Of a stretch of DNA of 64,000 nucleotides, positions 1-9,818 are shown piece by piece; within the stretch, counting starts at the first letter, position 1, and each line of letters opens with the position of its first letter. The notes below the pieces were generated by a model. That model was given only the letters and a program-made list of their open reading frames with translations. It had not been told where the DNA came from and searched no databases. Both the position numbers and the translations under genes were made by a program. Source of the DNA: Nitrosopumilaceae archaeon (GTDB taxonomy: Archaea; Thermoproteota; Nitrososphaeria; Nitrososphaerales; Nitrosopumilaceae); contig CBDBCR010000003.1 in the NCBI GenBank assembly GCA_965203465.1, positions 352,001-416,000 on the forward strand, given 5' to 3'.

Positions 1-178
1 ACGTGCCTGGCCCCGGTATGTATCCACGCAGGGCTTCCGAACCCCGATCGTGTTCAGCGTTGACAGCGGCGTATTTTTTGAGCGACAGAGTCGCCATCCA
101 AGAGAGATGAACCCTCTCCACCCGGATGTTCTTGGAATCTGCCGTTCTCGATCTAGCGGCCTTTGCCCGTCTAGTCAT
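1..178 (-). CDS. 5' fragment of an SspC/BrxC-like ATP-binding protein (runs off the window start)
   Basis: ATG at 178 overlaps the DUF4007 stop (ATGA coupling). The frame is open to base 1: MTRRAK...KKYAAVNAEHDRGSEALRGYIPGPGT, resembling the 'SxNxExD...LxGY(I/V)' N-terminus of ATPases that follow DUF4007 genes. No Walker motif is visible within the window. Confidence 0.6.
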   Translation of the reverse strand, partial: MTRRAKAARSRTADSKNIRVERVHLSWMATLSLKKYAAVNAEHDRGSEALRGYIPGPGT

Positions 179-1119
179 GCAAGAGCCTCCTCGGTTCGGC
201 GCGTGCCCGGCGCTCTGCGGCCGTACGCTGCGTACAGCACTTGGAACGCGGCGTCTCGCGCGCTGCCTTTGAACGTCATGTTGGGCATGCCGTTGGCGTG
301 GCTTACCGAGACGGCGCCGCACGCACCGGCCGCCTCGGACAACATTTCTGCCATGTCCGTCTCGCTCAGCTTGAACGCTGTTCCGGGCCCGCCGTTTTCG
401 AGGGCAAGTCTGTTGATCGATATGGTGCGCCCCGGGATCTCCGCCCTGTCCACAAAGTCCAGGCACGCGTACGCCACGACTAGGGGCGAGAGGCCGGGTT
501 TCCTGCCCGAGACGAACCGCACGTCCCCGTCCTTCCGCCTCAGCAATCCGAGCGTCCTGAGCGGGCAGTCTAGATAATCCTCCGTCTGTTCTTTGTCTTT
601 TTTGGACAGGTACGTATGCAGGAACACGTCGGTGTCGCGTTTTACAGAATGCTTGCTTGGCTTCCACCCGTCGACGGCATACACCGTCGACTCTGCCTCT
701 TCCAAAAGATCCGCCGCAGAATAGACCCCGGTGCCGGCTCCGTTCATTATGGCCCACCACGTGGGAAGGTAGCACGGCGGCGCCAGCAGCGACCAGTGCA
801 TCAACCATACAGTCTCTGGCCTGTCAAGATCTGGATCGAGGCCGCCGTGGTCATGGAATATGGCTTTCCCCAGAACCGTGGGCGCTGCCCGGGCCTTTCT
901 GGCACCGGTTCCGTTCTCCAAAACTTTGGCCGCCAAGGCCCAGAACCTCATGGACCGCACCATGTTCTTGCCCACGCCTAGTACTACAGGCGCGTCGTCG
1001 CGCGAGAACACGTCCCGATCGTCTGAGGCATGATCGTATGCCTGCTTTAGCCAGCCGTACCTTGGGTGGAACGTCTCGTGGCGCCCAAACATCTGACGAG
1101 CAGAGTCTTCTAGGCGCAT
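175..1119 (-). CDS. DUF4007 family protein (SspB-like)
   Basis: Motifs FGRHETFHPRYGWLK, LGVGKNMVRSMRFW, WLMHW-L, DCPL-LGL are typical of DUF4007. Start moved to ATG 1119. Confidence 0.88.
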   Translation of the reverse strand: MRLEDSARQMFGRHETFHPRYGWLKQAYDHASDDRDVFSRDDAPVVLGVGKNMVRSMRFWALAAKVLENGTGARKARAAPTVLGKAIFHDHGGLDPDLDRPETVWLMHWSLLAPPCYLPTWWAIMNGAGTGVYSAADLLEEAESTVYAVDGWKPSKHSVKRDTDVFLHTYLSKKDKEQTEDYLDCPLRTLGLLRRKDGDVRFVSGRKPGLSPLVVAYACLDFVDRAEIPGRTISINRLALENGGPGTAFKLSETDMAEMLSEAAGACGAVSVSHANGMPNMTFKGSARDAAFQVLYAAYGRRAPGTRRTEEALA

Positions 1120-1215
1120 GTATTGGATCCTCCCGCAACTCGATTCGAACACGCGGAGTCTTGTGGCAAAACGGACAGCTTGGCCAGGCTTCCATTTGCC
1201 GCACTTGAGAGCATG

Positions 1216-3147
1216 TTAAGCACCCCGATACCCGTGTTTGCGTAGATGTTGATCGTGGTGGCTGAGCGACCGAGTTTTCAATGCCAAGTCGCAGAGTCTG
1301 TTCTCCCGTTCTTCCAGCACATCTGCGGTCCATTCGCCATATTGGTTTAGATATTGCTCGTTGAGCTTGATGTCGGAGCTGCCGTATCCTCGCGGATCTT
1401 GCAGTTTTTCTGCGAAACGCTTTGCTCCCATGCCGCGGTTCCATTTTCTTGGCAAGAGCGTGAGGTTGCCCAGGCGATTCTTGTACTTGTTTATGTCCTC
1501 GTCCTCGGGGTTTTCGCCAAGGAATGCCGAATCGTCCCACTTTTGGTGGTTTTTGGGCAGTATGTGTTCCAACTCGAACGCGTGTTTTGGATACGGGTGG
1601 GGCTTTTCACGGTTCAGGTATATTTCCATTGACAAGAGGATGTATTTGGCGGCCTTGGGGGTAAGCTTGAACATTTTACCCTTAAAATTTTCTGCGAACT
1701 TGGCTTCGGCAATACGCGGAAGCGGGGTACCGGCTACATCCTCGTTTACCAATATCAGGTATATCATTTCTGACAAGCTGGCGTCGCCCTCTAGTTTTTT
1801 TGTGACCCTATTGGCGATAGATCTGACATCTTCTGCGGTTCCATCGTTGATGAATTTGAACTTGAAGAAAAACGTCAAGAGGCAGTCCGCCAAAGTCTGA
1901 AATTCGTAGCTGCCCAAGCTCCATTTCCGGCCAGCTGCGAGCATGGGAACCCGTATGTATCTGGCGCCGAGAAGCTGCATCAGGTAAAAAATACTCTGGG
2001 TTTTTTCGTACTTTTCGTCCTCTGGCAGATCCTCCGGGTAATCCATCTGCTTGACAATTTTGGCGTCTTCGTTGAGGTGCTCTATGTATCTCTCTGCTTC
2101 TTTCGCATTCCTTACCGCAGACTCGACTATCTCGTACAAGTTTTCTGTAGTTATGGGTTTGTCGTTGTAGCGACCCGACGGATGCCGAGAAGATGTGGAT
2201 TCGTATAGGAACCGGTCGTGATCTTCCAAGCGTTCGTCGAATATCTCGCGCCACCGACGTTCCATTCTCTCATGGGCGCCTTGAGACTTTGTGGTGCTGA
2301 GCAGGTGGGATTTTATCAGGTCTGCATCCATTAGCTTTTGTCCTTGAGAGTTAAAGGTGGCGAATATCTTGTAGGCGCTGTACCTGTTGTAAACTACGAT
2401 GAACGCAAAGTGGTTACGCTTTACCAAGTTTTGGGATATGTGTCTAGACAATTCGTTAGCCGCCTCTGAAAACTCATCGGGTTTCTTGTTGTCGAAAGAT
2501 TTATCCAACTTTGCGAGCATTTTTTCCGCCCGTTCGGACAACACGCGGTAGTTGTTTATGAGTAGCGCGTTAGAATCAAGTATTCTTTTTTTGCTGTTCT
2601 TGTACTTGACTAGCAGATCTCTGCACCGGCCTACGTAATCGTGCGTATCTGTGGACATAATATCCCGAAACAGAACAGAATCGTCGTTTCCCAGTTCGAT
2701 TCGTGGCTCTCCTGGCTTTATGTTCAGTATGTTGTCGATGGTGGCCACCGCGTTATCTAGCGCAGGGCGCGTGCCGGGCAGCTCGTTGCCCTTGAATTTG
2801 TATAGACACGAGCGAATAGCGCACAGTATCAGCGCGATGGTGGCTAGTCGCTGCTGTCCGTCGACCACTTCGAACTTTGGCGAGCCGCTTTCTTGTGGAA
2901 CGACGACCATAGCTCCGAGCAGGTTGGTTGAACTAGGCGAGCCGCTAGGCGCTTCTGCCGTCTTTGCTATATCCTCGAACAGCCGTACGGCGTTATCGAC
3001 GTCCCACGAGTAACTTCTCTGATAAGACGGGATTTTGTATGCGTGGATTTCGTCCAACAGGCTACCGATCGACCTGCGGTGTACCTCATAATCCTCGTAA
3101 GACACGTCAAAAGCACCCGGATAGTTCTTTAAATGTTTTAAGTCCAA
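1216..3147 (-). CDS. DUF262 + DUF1524(HNH) protein, SspE/GmrSD-type restriction component
   Basis: IPSYQRSYSW, VVDGQQRLAT and IFATFNSQGQKL (DUF262); ELEHILP...LGNLTLL...N (His-Me nuclease). Visibly AT-richer than its flanks. Confidence 0.88.
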   Translation of the reverse strand: MDLKHLKNYPGAFDVSYEDYEVHRRSIGSLLDEIHAYKIPSYQRSYSWDVDNAVRLFEDIAKTAEAPSGSPSSTNLLGAMVVVPQESGSPKFEVVDGQQRLATIALILCAIRSCLYKFKGNELPGTRPALDNAVATIDNILNIKPGEPRIELGNDDSVLFRDIMSTDTHDYVGRCRDLLVKYKNSKKRILDSNALLINNYRVLSERAEKMLAKLDKSFDNKKPDEFSEAANELSRHISQNLVKRNHFAFIVVYNRYSAYKIFATFNSQGQKLMDADLIKSHLLSTTKSQGAHERMERRWREIFDERLEDHDRFLYESTSSRHPSGRYNDKPITTENLYEIVESAVRNAKEAERYIEHLNEDAKIVKQMDYPEDLPEDEKYEKTQSIFYLMQLLGARYIRVPMLAAGRKWSLGSYEFQTLADCLLTFFFKFKFINDGTAEDVRSIANRVTKKLEGDASLSEMIYLILVNEDVAGTPLPRIAEAKFAENFKGKMFKLTPKAAKYILLSMEIYLNREKPHPYPKHAFELEHILPKNHQKWDDSAFLGENPEDEDINKYKNRLGNLTLLPRKWNRGMGAKRFAEKLQDPRGYGSSDIKLNEQYLNQYGEWTADVLEERENRLCDLALKTRSLSHHDQHLRKHGYRGA

Positions 3148-3258
3148 TGCGGTGTGTCAGTGGGCCTGAATCCAATAGTTCGCCTGTACGAGCGCGGTAT
3201 GCGAAGTTGCGCGAGCGCTGATTTGCTGCAACGCGGCCGGCGCGATCGCCGTCTGAGG

Positions 3259-4416
3259 TCATTGCCCTGCCACCTCCACCGTCTTGCCCCGCACAAATCT
3301 GGCCGCGTTCGTCAATTCGGCTACGGCCAGATCTACGTCGCTTTGTTCTGTAGGAACGCCCAGCGACACGCGCACCGACTCGTCGGCCGCGTCCCTGCCG
3401 AGACCCATGGCGGTCAGCACGTGGGACGGCTCCATCGCAGACGACGAGCATGCGCTGACCGACGAGATCTCTATCCTGCGCGCGTTGACAATGACCGCAT
3501 CGGCTATGGCGCCTTCTATCCGGACGTTGGACGTGTTTGGCAGCCTCGGCGCCCCGCCCCCGTTGACAGAGACGCCGCCAAGCTCCGAGACAAGGCGCCT
3601 CTCCATCCCGTCTCGCATGGCCGCGTGCTCGCCGGCCTTGTTCGCCATGACCGGCACCACGTGCTCGCACGCGGCGGCCATGCCGAGTATTCCTGGCACG
3701 TTGAGCGTGCCGCTGCGCATGCCCCTCTCCTGGCCCCCGCCGTGGATCTGGGCCCTTAGCATCTTGCGCGCCTCTTTGTTGGCCACCAGGGCACCGCATC
3801 CCTTGGGGCCGTATATCTTGTGGGCGCTGAACGTGGCTATGTCCACTCCCGCCCTGCCTGCATCGAACGGCACCTTGCCTACAGCCTGGGTGGCGTCGCT
3901 GTGGAGCAGGGCCCCGTGCCTGTGAACCAGCTCGGCTATATCCTCTATGGGCTGCACGACCCCCGTCTCGCTGTTGGCCGCCCCGACCGAAACCAAGTCC
4001 GTCCGGTCGTCCATACGGGCTTCCAGATCGGCCAGGTCCACCAGCCCGTCGGCGCCGACCGGCAGCACGTCAGCCTTGAGCCCGAAATTCCCCATGGCCG
4101 CGCACGGGTTGATCACGGACTTGTGCTCCGTAGAGCAGTAGAGAGCCCGGCGCTCGCGCCCTGGATCGAGCCCGAGCGAGGCAAAGACTACGTTGTTGGC
4201 CTCGGTCGCGCCGGACATGAACACGACGTCGGACTGCCTCATGCCGACCGCGGCGGCCACTCTCTGGCGCGCCCCTTCGACCGCATCCATAGCGTCCTGG
4301 CCGGACTCGTGGACACTGGCAGGGTTGCCGAAGTTTTCGGCCAACGCGGGCATCATCGCCTCTACGACTACACCTGCCGCAGGGGTCGTGGCGTTGTAGT
4401 CTAGGTACACCGGCAT
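3259..4416 (-). CDS. Cysteine desulfurase (IscS/DndA/SspA family)
   Basis: YLDYNATTP, GNPAS, SGATEANN, HSDATQ, PLP lysine motif SAHKIYGPKG, RSGT, catalytic SACSS. Confidence 0.95.
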   Translation of the reverse strand: MPVYLDYNATTPAAGVVVEAMMPALAENFGNPASVHESGQDAMDAVEGARQRVAAAVGMRQSDVVFMSGATEANNVVFASLGLDPGRERRALYCSTEHKSVINPCAAMGNFGLKADVLPVGADGLVDLADLEARMDDRTDLVSVGAANSETGVVQPIEDIAELVHRHGALLHSDATQAVGKVPFDAGRAGVDIATFSAHKIYGPKGCGALVANKEARKMLRAQIHGGGQERGMRSGTLNVPGILGMAAACEHVVPVMANKAGEHAAMRDGMERRLVSELGGVSVNGGGAPRLPNTSNVRIEGAIADAVIVNARRIEISSVSACSSSAMEPSHVLTAMGLGRDAADESVRVSLGVPTEQSDVDLAVAELTNAARFVRGKTVEVAGQ

Positions 4417-4440
4417 GGTGTGGCCCCCAACCCGCTCTGA

Positions 4441-4446
4441 TTTAAA
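4441..4446 (-). promoter_or_regulatory. Archaeal TATA box for the desulfurase operon (leaderless)
   Basis: TTTAAA 24 nt upstream of ATG 4416, the same spacing seen at many genes in this window. Confidence 0.6.
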
Positions 4447-4629
4447 CTTGGCCGGCCGATCGGCCGGAGGCGCGCGATCGCGTCCACGGCGCTGGAAAAC
4501 CCCCGTCCGGGCGCCGCGTTTTGATAAAAAAATTTTTGTCTGTCACTGTATGGCAAGGCCGCCAAAAAGCGCCCCGGCGCGACTTTTGCGCGCGGTTTCA
4601 CGCGCGATCCCGGGCAAAAGCTATATAAT

Positions 4630-5627
4630 ACGCGCAGTTTGGACCTTATGGAAAAGCTCCGGTACACGTGCGGCCGGAACTCGCGCTCGAGCAGGTTGCG
4701 GCTCCCGTACATGACGTGCGGGTTCTGCGCCGAGCCCGGGTGCCTCGCGTCCTCCACCGTGATCGGCAGGGGCGGCGAATAGAGCACGCTGTTCATGTCC
4801 GACCACAGCTTTTTGGCGATGTGGTTTTTCGGTATGTCGTAGTCGAACATCTTGACCATGCACCCGTCCTCCAGCCGCCCGCCGCCGGGCAGGATCTCCA
4901 GCGGGCCGCCCGGGACGGTGCAGATGCGCCCGTCCGGCCCCACAAAGTACTCGTACCACGTCGTCTTGTCGTCGTCCGAGGCGTTGGGCGTCTCGCGCAC
5001 CAGCGTAAACCCCCACTCGGAGCCGGGCGCCAGTTCCGCGCTGCGCCGCGCCGCGATCAGCTGGTAGCCCCGCTCGCCGCAGAACGGCAGCACGCCGGTT
5101 CCGCCCATGTTGTACTTGCCCTGCACGAACTTTATCCTCTTTTTGTTGCCCTTTTGGAGCGAGAGCAGCGTGGTCTCGAACTTTTCCGGCTCCTGCCCCT
5201 CGCCCCTGTCGGCCACGACTATGTTGGGGCTCGAGGTTTTCGCGCCGTCCGCCATCACGCGCACGTTCTGCGCCAGTTTCAGCATCTTTGGCCCGTCCAG
5301 TTTCGAAATGTCGCCGCCGGGCACGCCCATGTACCTCTCGAGCGCCTCGGCCATGCTAGACGGGGCGCCGCGGCCCGCCGGCCTGTCCCCCGCCATCAGG
5401 CAGTGCTTTATGAGCACGTGGTCGATGGAGTTGACCGGCTTTTCGCACAGGGAATTGACCGGCGAGGACTGCTGGTTTGAGACTATGGCGTAGTTGTTCT
5501 CGGTGCCGCCAAGCGGCTTCCACCCGGCGTCCCTGAAAAAGGGGCCGCCCAGTATCCGGTCCACGTCCCTTTCGCCCTGCGCCCGGGCCAGCGAGAGCAG
5601 CGCGTCGCGCCCGCTCACCTGCGCCAT
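4630..5627 (-). pseudogene. GHKL-type ATPase, probably 3'-truncated
   Basis: EKPVNSID (ExxxN), DRGEG (DxGxG) and GKYNMGGTG motifs. The high-GC3 coding pattern stops abruptly near 4630, although the ORF formally runs on to 4401 through the downstream promoter. Confidence 0.65.
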
Positions 5628-5740
5628 CCCGCGTCCACGGGCGCGCCCCACTTGCCGCGCCTAAAAACGTCAGGGTCGCGGGCCGCCGCCGGCCGCCGCC
5701 CTTCGGTAAATCTTTAACCGTGCCCATTTCCACGCGGGGC

Positions 5741-6157
5741 ATGGCATCGGGAGCCCGCATAGCCGAGGCGCGCCGGAAGGTATCGGATCTGATGGAGGCC
5801 GTCGGCGGGCTCGGCGCGGCGCCCGGCGGCGTGACCACGATGATCGACTCGGCCAACCTGCGCAGGCAGGCAGACCACCTCGAAAAGTCGGATCGCGTAA
5901 AGTCGGAGGCCATATCCGCGTACGCCGAATATACGGGGATGCTAGAGCGCGCCCTGCGCGAGGTGGCAGAGGCGCAGCGCCAGATATCCTCCATGGCCAG
6001 GCCGAAAAAGGCCGGCAGGGCAAAGCCGGCCAAGAAAGCGCGGGCAAAGCCGGCCGGAACCAAAAGGCCGGCAGGGCCGAAAAAGGCCGGAAAGGCCAAG
6101 GCCGGCAGGGCAAAGCCGGCCCGCGTCAGGAAATCCGCTCCACGTCGCCGGCGCTGA
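5741..6157 (+). CDS. Small coiled-coil protein with Lys/Ala/Pro-rich basic C-terminal tail
   Basis: Helical N-terminus followed by repeated KKAGRAKPA-like units; TATA-like TTTAA at about 5712. Confidence 0.7.
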   Translation: MASGARIAEARRKVSDLMEAVGGLGAAPGGVTTMIDSANLRRQADHLEKSDRVKSEAISAYAEYTGMLERALREVAEAQRQISSMARPKKAGRAKPAKKARAKPAGTKRPAGPKKAGKAKAGRAKPARVRKSAPRRRR

Positions 6158-7061
6158 CCGAGACCTCGCCGCCGGCGTCTATCACCAGCGAGCCGTCCTC
6201 GTCCATCCGCACGGCCGTCCCCTCGACGGATCCCGCGCGCACGCGCGAGCCTATCGTCGACGAGGCGGCAGTCCAGTCCGAGACCGTGCGGCCCCCGCCC
6301 GCAAGCTCGGAGAGGCGCGCCTCGAGCCGGTCGCATACCAGGCGCGCCGCGCCGACCATCGTGGCCGACGGCGCGCTGTCCGCGAGCGAGGCGGCCCCCC
6401 TGAACCCCGGCGTGCCGGACAGGCGCGCCTCGAGAGCCGCCGCGTCCACGTCGAAGTTGAGCCCTATCCCTATGACCGCGCTCGGCTCGGCGCCGAGCGA
6501 CGCCTCGACGGCGACGCCGGCGAGTTTCTTGCCGCCCAGCTCCACGTCGTTGGGCCAGCGCAGGCGTGGCTCGGCGCCCAGCGTCTTCACCGCGTCGTGC
6601 ACGGCCAGCGAGGCCGCGGCCGGTACGAGCGACGGGCGGCGGGCGCGCGAGACGTGCGAGCGCACAAACGCCGACATCCACAGGCCACCCTCAGGGGACT
6701 CCCACGCGCGCCCCGACCTGCCGCGCCCGCGCGTCTGCCTCGAGGCGAACACGGCAGCGCCGTCGGCCCCCATCCGCGCGGCCTCGTCCTGCGTGGACGC
6801 GCACACGTCGATGTACGCGGCCAAGCTGCCCACCGAGCCCGAGCGCCTGCCCTCCGAGACGAGCCACGGCAGCGGCAGGTCCGGCGACGAAAGAACGCGC
6901 CCGCCCTCTATTACGTACCCCAGGCTCTTGAGCCTGCCCAGTTCCATTAGCGCGGCGCGCCTGCCCCCGCAGATCCCCTCGATCTCGGGCCGCCCGACCG
7001 GGCCGCCCCGCAGCGCGGCGGCGAGCCTCGCGGGCACCTCGTCGGAGGGGCCGAGTATCAT
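6126..7061 (-). CDS. birA: Biotin-protein ligase (BirA family, with N-terminal HTH remnant)
   Basis: STQD, QTRGRGRSGRAWESPEGGLWMS, RWPNDV...KKLAG, IGIGLN, and an SH3-like C-terminus. Confidence 0.92.
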   Translation of the reverse strand: MILGPSDEVPARLAAALRGGPVGRPEIEGICGGRRAALMELGRLKSLGYVIEGGRVLSSPDLPLPWLVSEGRRSGSVGSLAAYIDVCASTQDEAARMGADGAAVFASRQTRGRGRSGRAWESPEGGLWMSAFVRSHVSRARRPSLVPAAASLAVHDAVKTLGAEPRLRWPNDVELGGKKLAGVAVEASLGAEPSAVIGIGLNFDVDAAALEARLSGTPGFRGAASLADSAPSATMVGAARLVCDRLEARLSELAGGGRTVSDWTAASSTIGSRVRAGSVEGTAVRMDEDGSLVIDAGGEVSVSAGDVERIS

Positions 7062-7610
7062 CTAAAAGCCGAGGTCGAAGCCGCCGTCGAGGCCCGGATC
7101 GCTGTAGTCCTGCCCGCCGGCGTCCCCCGCGTCCCCGTCGCCGCCCGACCCGTCGGCGGGCATGTCCTCGGCCGGCACGTAGCTGCCCATCGAGGCGCCC
7201 ATCATGGAGAACATCATGGAGAACATCATCATGTCCATGACCCCGAAGAACATCATCATGGGCAGGAACGAGCGGTTGTCGTCCATGAACCCCTTTAGGC
7301 CGGCCTTGTCCTTGCGCTCGTAGAGCATCTTCATCTCGCCCCACTTTGACTCGGCCTCGCGCAGGCCCTCCTGGAGCTCGCGCTGGCCCGCCGGCGTGTT
7401 GCGTATCTGGACTTTTTTGCCGAACAGCCCCTTTTTCTCGACCACCTCTATCATGCCGTCCCTCTCCAGCTCTTCGAGTATGGAGTTGAGCTCTTCCGGC
7501 TCTAGGTTGGAGAGGCGGCGTATCTTGTCGAACTTTTTGGCCTCGCCCTGTATGGCGCCCAGCACTATCACCTTGCGCGGCCCGTACCTCACGGCCCCGG
7601 CTCCGGGCAC
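7062..7610 (-). CDS. Winged-helix protein with Met-rich hydrophobic segment and acidic Gly/Asp tail
   Basis: MarR-like wHTH pattern (LEPEELNSILEELERDGMIEV); strong coding codon bias. Confidence 0.7.
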   Translation of the reverse strand: MPGAGAVRYGPRKVIVLGAIQGEAKKFDKIRRLSNLEPEELNSILEELERDGMIEVVEKKGLFGKKVQIRNTPAGQRELQEGLREAESKWGEMKMLYERKDKAGLKGFMDDNRSFLPMMMFFGVMDMMMFSMMFSMMGASMGSYVPAEDMPADGSGGDGDAGDAGGQDYSDPGLDGGFDLGF

Positions 7611-7646
7611 CCGGTATTAAAATTTTGCATCGGCCCCGGATCGGGC

Positions 7647-8582
7647 CTAGCCTATCGATATCATGCGCTCTATGGCCAGGCGCGCGCGGTCTGCCACCTC
7701 GCGCGGCACGCGCACCTCGTACCTGTCCTCGGCCAGGGCGTCGCGCACGTTGCGCATGTTTATCGTCTTCATGTACTGGCACTCGGCCTTTTCCGAGGCG
7801 GGCACGAACTTTTTGCCCGGGTTCTGCTTGCGCATGCGGTGCAGTATGCCCGTCTCGGTGGCCACCACGAACGGGCCCGGCCCAGAGGCCGCGCGCCCCA
7901 TCATGCCCTCGGTGGACAGTATCGAGACTGTCCGCGAGCCGTACCCCCCCGAGGCCGCGTCGTAGAGCAGCGGCGTGGTGCATCCGCACTCGGGGTGCAC
8001 GAGCAGCTCGGCGCCGCGCATCGCGTCCATCTTGGCGGCCACCTCCTCGGGCCTTATCCCCGCGTGCACGTGGCACTCGCCGGCCCACACCCGGACGTTG
8101 GAGCGGCCCGTCTGGCGCGCCACGTACGCGCCGAGGAACATGTCCGGCAGGAACAGTATCTCCTTTTCGCGCGGTATCGCGTTCACGACGGCGACCGCGT
8201 TGGACGACGTGCAGCAGTAGTCCAGCTCGGCCTTTACGCTCGCGGCGGTGTTTACGTACCCGACGGCCACGGCGCCGGGGTGCTCTTTTTTCCACTCGGC
8301 GACCTCTTCTGCCGTGATCGAATCGGACAGCGAGCAGCCCGCCTCGAGCGTCGGGATGAAGACGCGCTTTTGCGGGCTGATGATGGCCGCCGTCTCTGCC
8401 ATAAAGTGCACGCCGCAGAACAGTATCCGCGAGCGCCCGTCTTTGCCGGCCATGCGCGAAAGCCCCAGCGAATCGCCCACATAGTCCGCTATATCCTGGA
8501 CCTCGGGCACCTGGTAGTTGTGCGCCAGTATCAGCGCGTCCTTTTGCTCCTTCAGCCGGAGTATCTCGTCTCGGTACGACAC
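7647..8582 (-). CDS. nadA: Quinolinate synthase A
   Basis: LAHNYQ, FCGVHFMAE, YVNT, CCTSSNA, HPEC and CQYMK motifs. Confidence 0.97.
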   Translation of the reverse strand: MSYRDEILRLKEQKDALILAHNYQVPEVQDIADYVGDSLGLSRMAGKDGRSRILFCGVHFMAETAAIISPQKRVFIPTLEAGCSLSDSITAEEVAEWKKEHPGAVAVGYVNTAASVKAELDYCCTSSNAVAVVNAIPREKEILFLPDMFLGAYVARQTGRSNVRVWAGECHVHAGIRPEEVAAKMDAMRGAELLVHPECGCTTPLLYDAASGGYGSRTVSILSTEGMMGRAASGPGPFVVATETGILHRMRKQNPGKKFVPASEKAECQYMKTINMRNVRDALAEDRYEVRVPREVADRARLAIERMISIG

Positions 8583-8672
8583 GGGCCTGCTTGCCGGGGG
8601 GGCGATTTAAGGCCAGGGATGCATGCACCCAGCGCGCCGGGCGGGCGCGCCGGCGGCAATTATTGCCCCCGC

Positions 8673-9479
8673 TCAGGCGCCCACGCGCAGGCCCGGCGAG
8701 CATATGCGCCGCAGCGCCTCCACGCACGAAAGCGCCGCGAGCCGGCTGGTGCGCGGGTTCTCCGAGGGCACGTTTTCCACCTCCACGCGGAGCCTGCCGA
8801 ACCTGCCTTCGGCCTCGACCACGTGCGTGTTGCGCGAGGCGCCCGGATCGGCGACCAGCCTCACCCGCGTGCGCTCCCCGCCTGCCGAGGCCAGCGCGAC
8901 AGAGGCTGCCACGTTGACGTTGGCCGGGAACAGTTTCACGGCCTCGGCGGCGGTCCCCTCAAAGACCGTCGCCGGCCCGTCCAGCTCCGGCTCTTTTCCC
9001 CCGAAGAACGGGGCGCCGCGCAGCGCGGCCGGCGGCTTTGTGGTGGTCAGCGTCACCGAGTCGGCCTCGGCGCGCACGGCCCCCAGGGCGTCGAGGCCGG
9101 CCACGGCGCCGGACGGCACGTAGACGCTGCGCGAAAAGTCCGAGCAGGCCCCGCAGAGCACCTCGCGCACCGCCTCGTCGAGCAGCGCCCCGACGCTCAT
9201 CACCACCAGATCCGAGCGGTTCTGCAGCACGCTCAGGCCCGCGTTCCTGACGGCCTCCTGCGAGGCCGCCTCGACCACCAAGTCGACGGGCCTCGAGGAG
9301 AGCAGGTGGGCGTTGCCGGCCACCTTCACGCCGGGCAGCTTTTCTGCCAGCAGCTTTGAGCGCGAGGCGTCCGCGTCGTACACGCTGTCCAGCTCGGCCC
9401 CGGGGACGCGGCCGGCCGAGACGGCCTCGGCTATGGCCGTGCCCATCGCGCCGCACCCGAGCAGCCCTATCCTGCGCAA
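8673..9479 (-). CDS. nadX: L-aspartate dehydrogenase
   Basis: GLLGCGAMG, VEAAS, SGAVAGLD, FPANVNVA, NPRTS; adjacent to nadA. Confidence 0.95.
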   Translation of the reverse strand: MRRIGLLGCGAMGTAIAEAVSAGRVPGAELDSVYDADASRSKLLAEKLPGVKVAGNAHLLSSRPVDLVVEAASQEAVRNAGLSVLQNRSDLVVMSVGALLDEAVREVLCGACSDFSRSVYVPSGAVAGLDALGAVRAEADSVTLTTTKPPAALRGAPFFGGKEPELDGPATVFEGTAAEAVKLFPANVNVAASVALASAGGERTRVRLVADPGASRNTHVVEAEGRFGRLRVEVENVPSENPRTSRLAALSCVEALRRICSPGLRVGA

Positions 9480-9818
9480 CGCCGGGGGGCCCGGGCGGGC
9501 CGTAATTAACTGCGGGTTTGCAGGCAGGTACGGCCGCCGGGGGCGCGTGCAGCGGAAAAAAACGCATGGTCTGCGCCGCGGTCCGGACGGGCGTCCGGGG
9601 CGGAGCGCGCGGTGCGGGCGGTATCGGCCGGTGGATCGACGTCCGGATCCGGCAGAAAGTCAGGGGCGGCGCGGACGGGCGCTCGGCATATGCGTCGCGG
9701 TTCCATCCAATCCGCGCCGACACCGCGGCTTGCACGAGCGCCGCGCAGCCGGACGTGCCGGGGTTCGCGTCCAAAATCAGATGCCCGCATACGTCATCTC
9801 CAGCCTTCTCGTGTGCGA

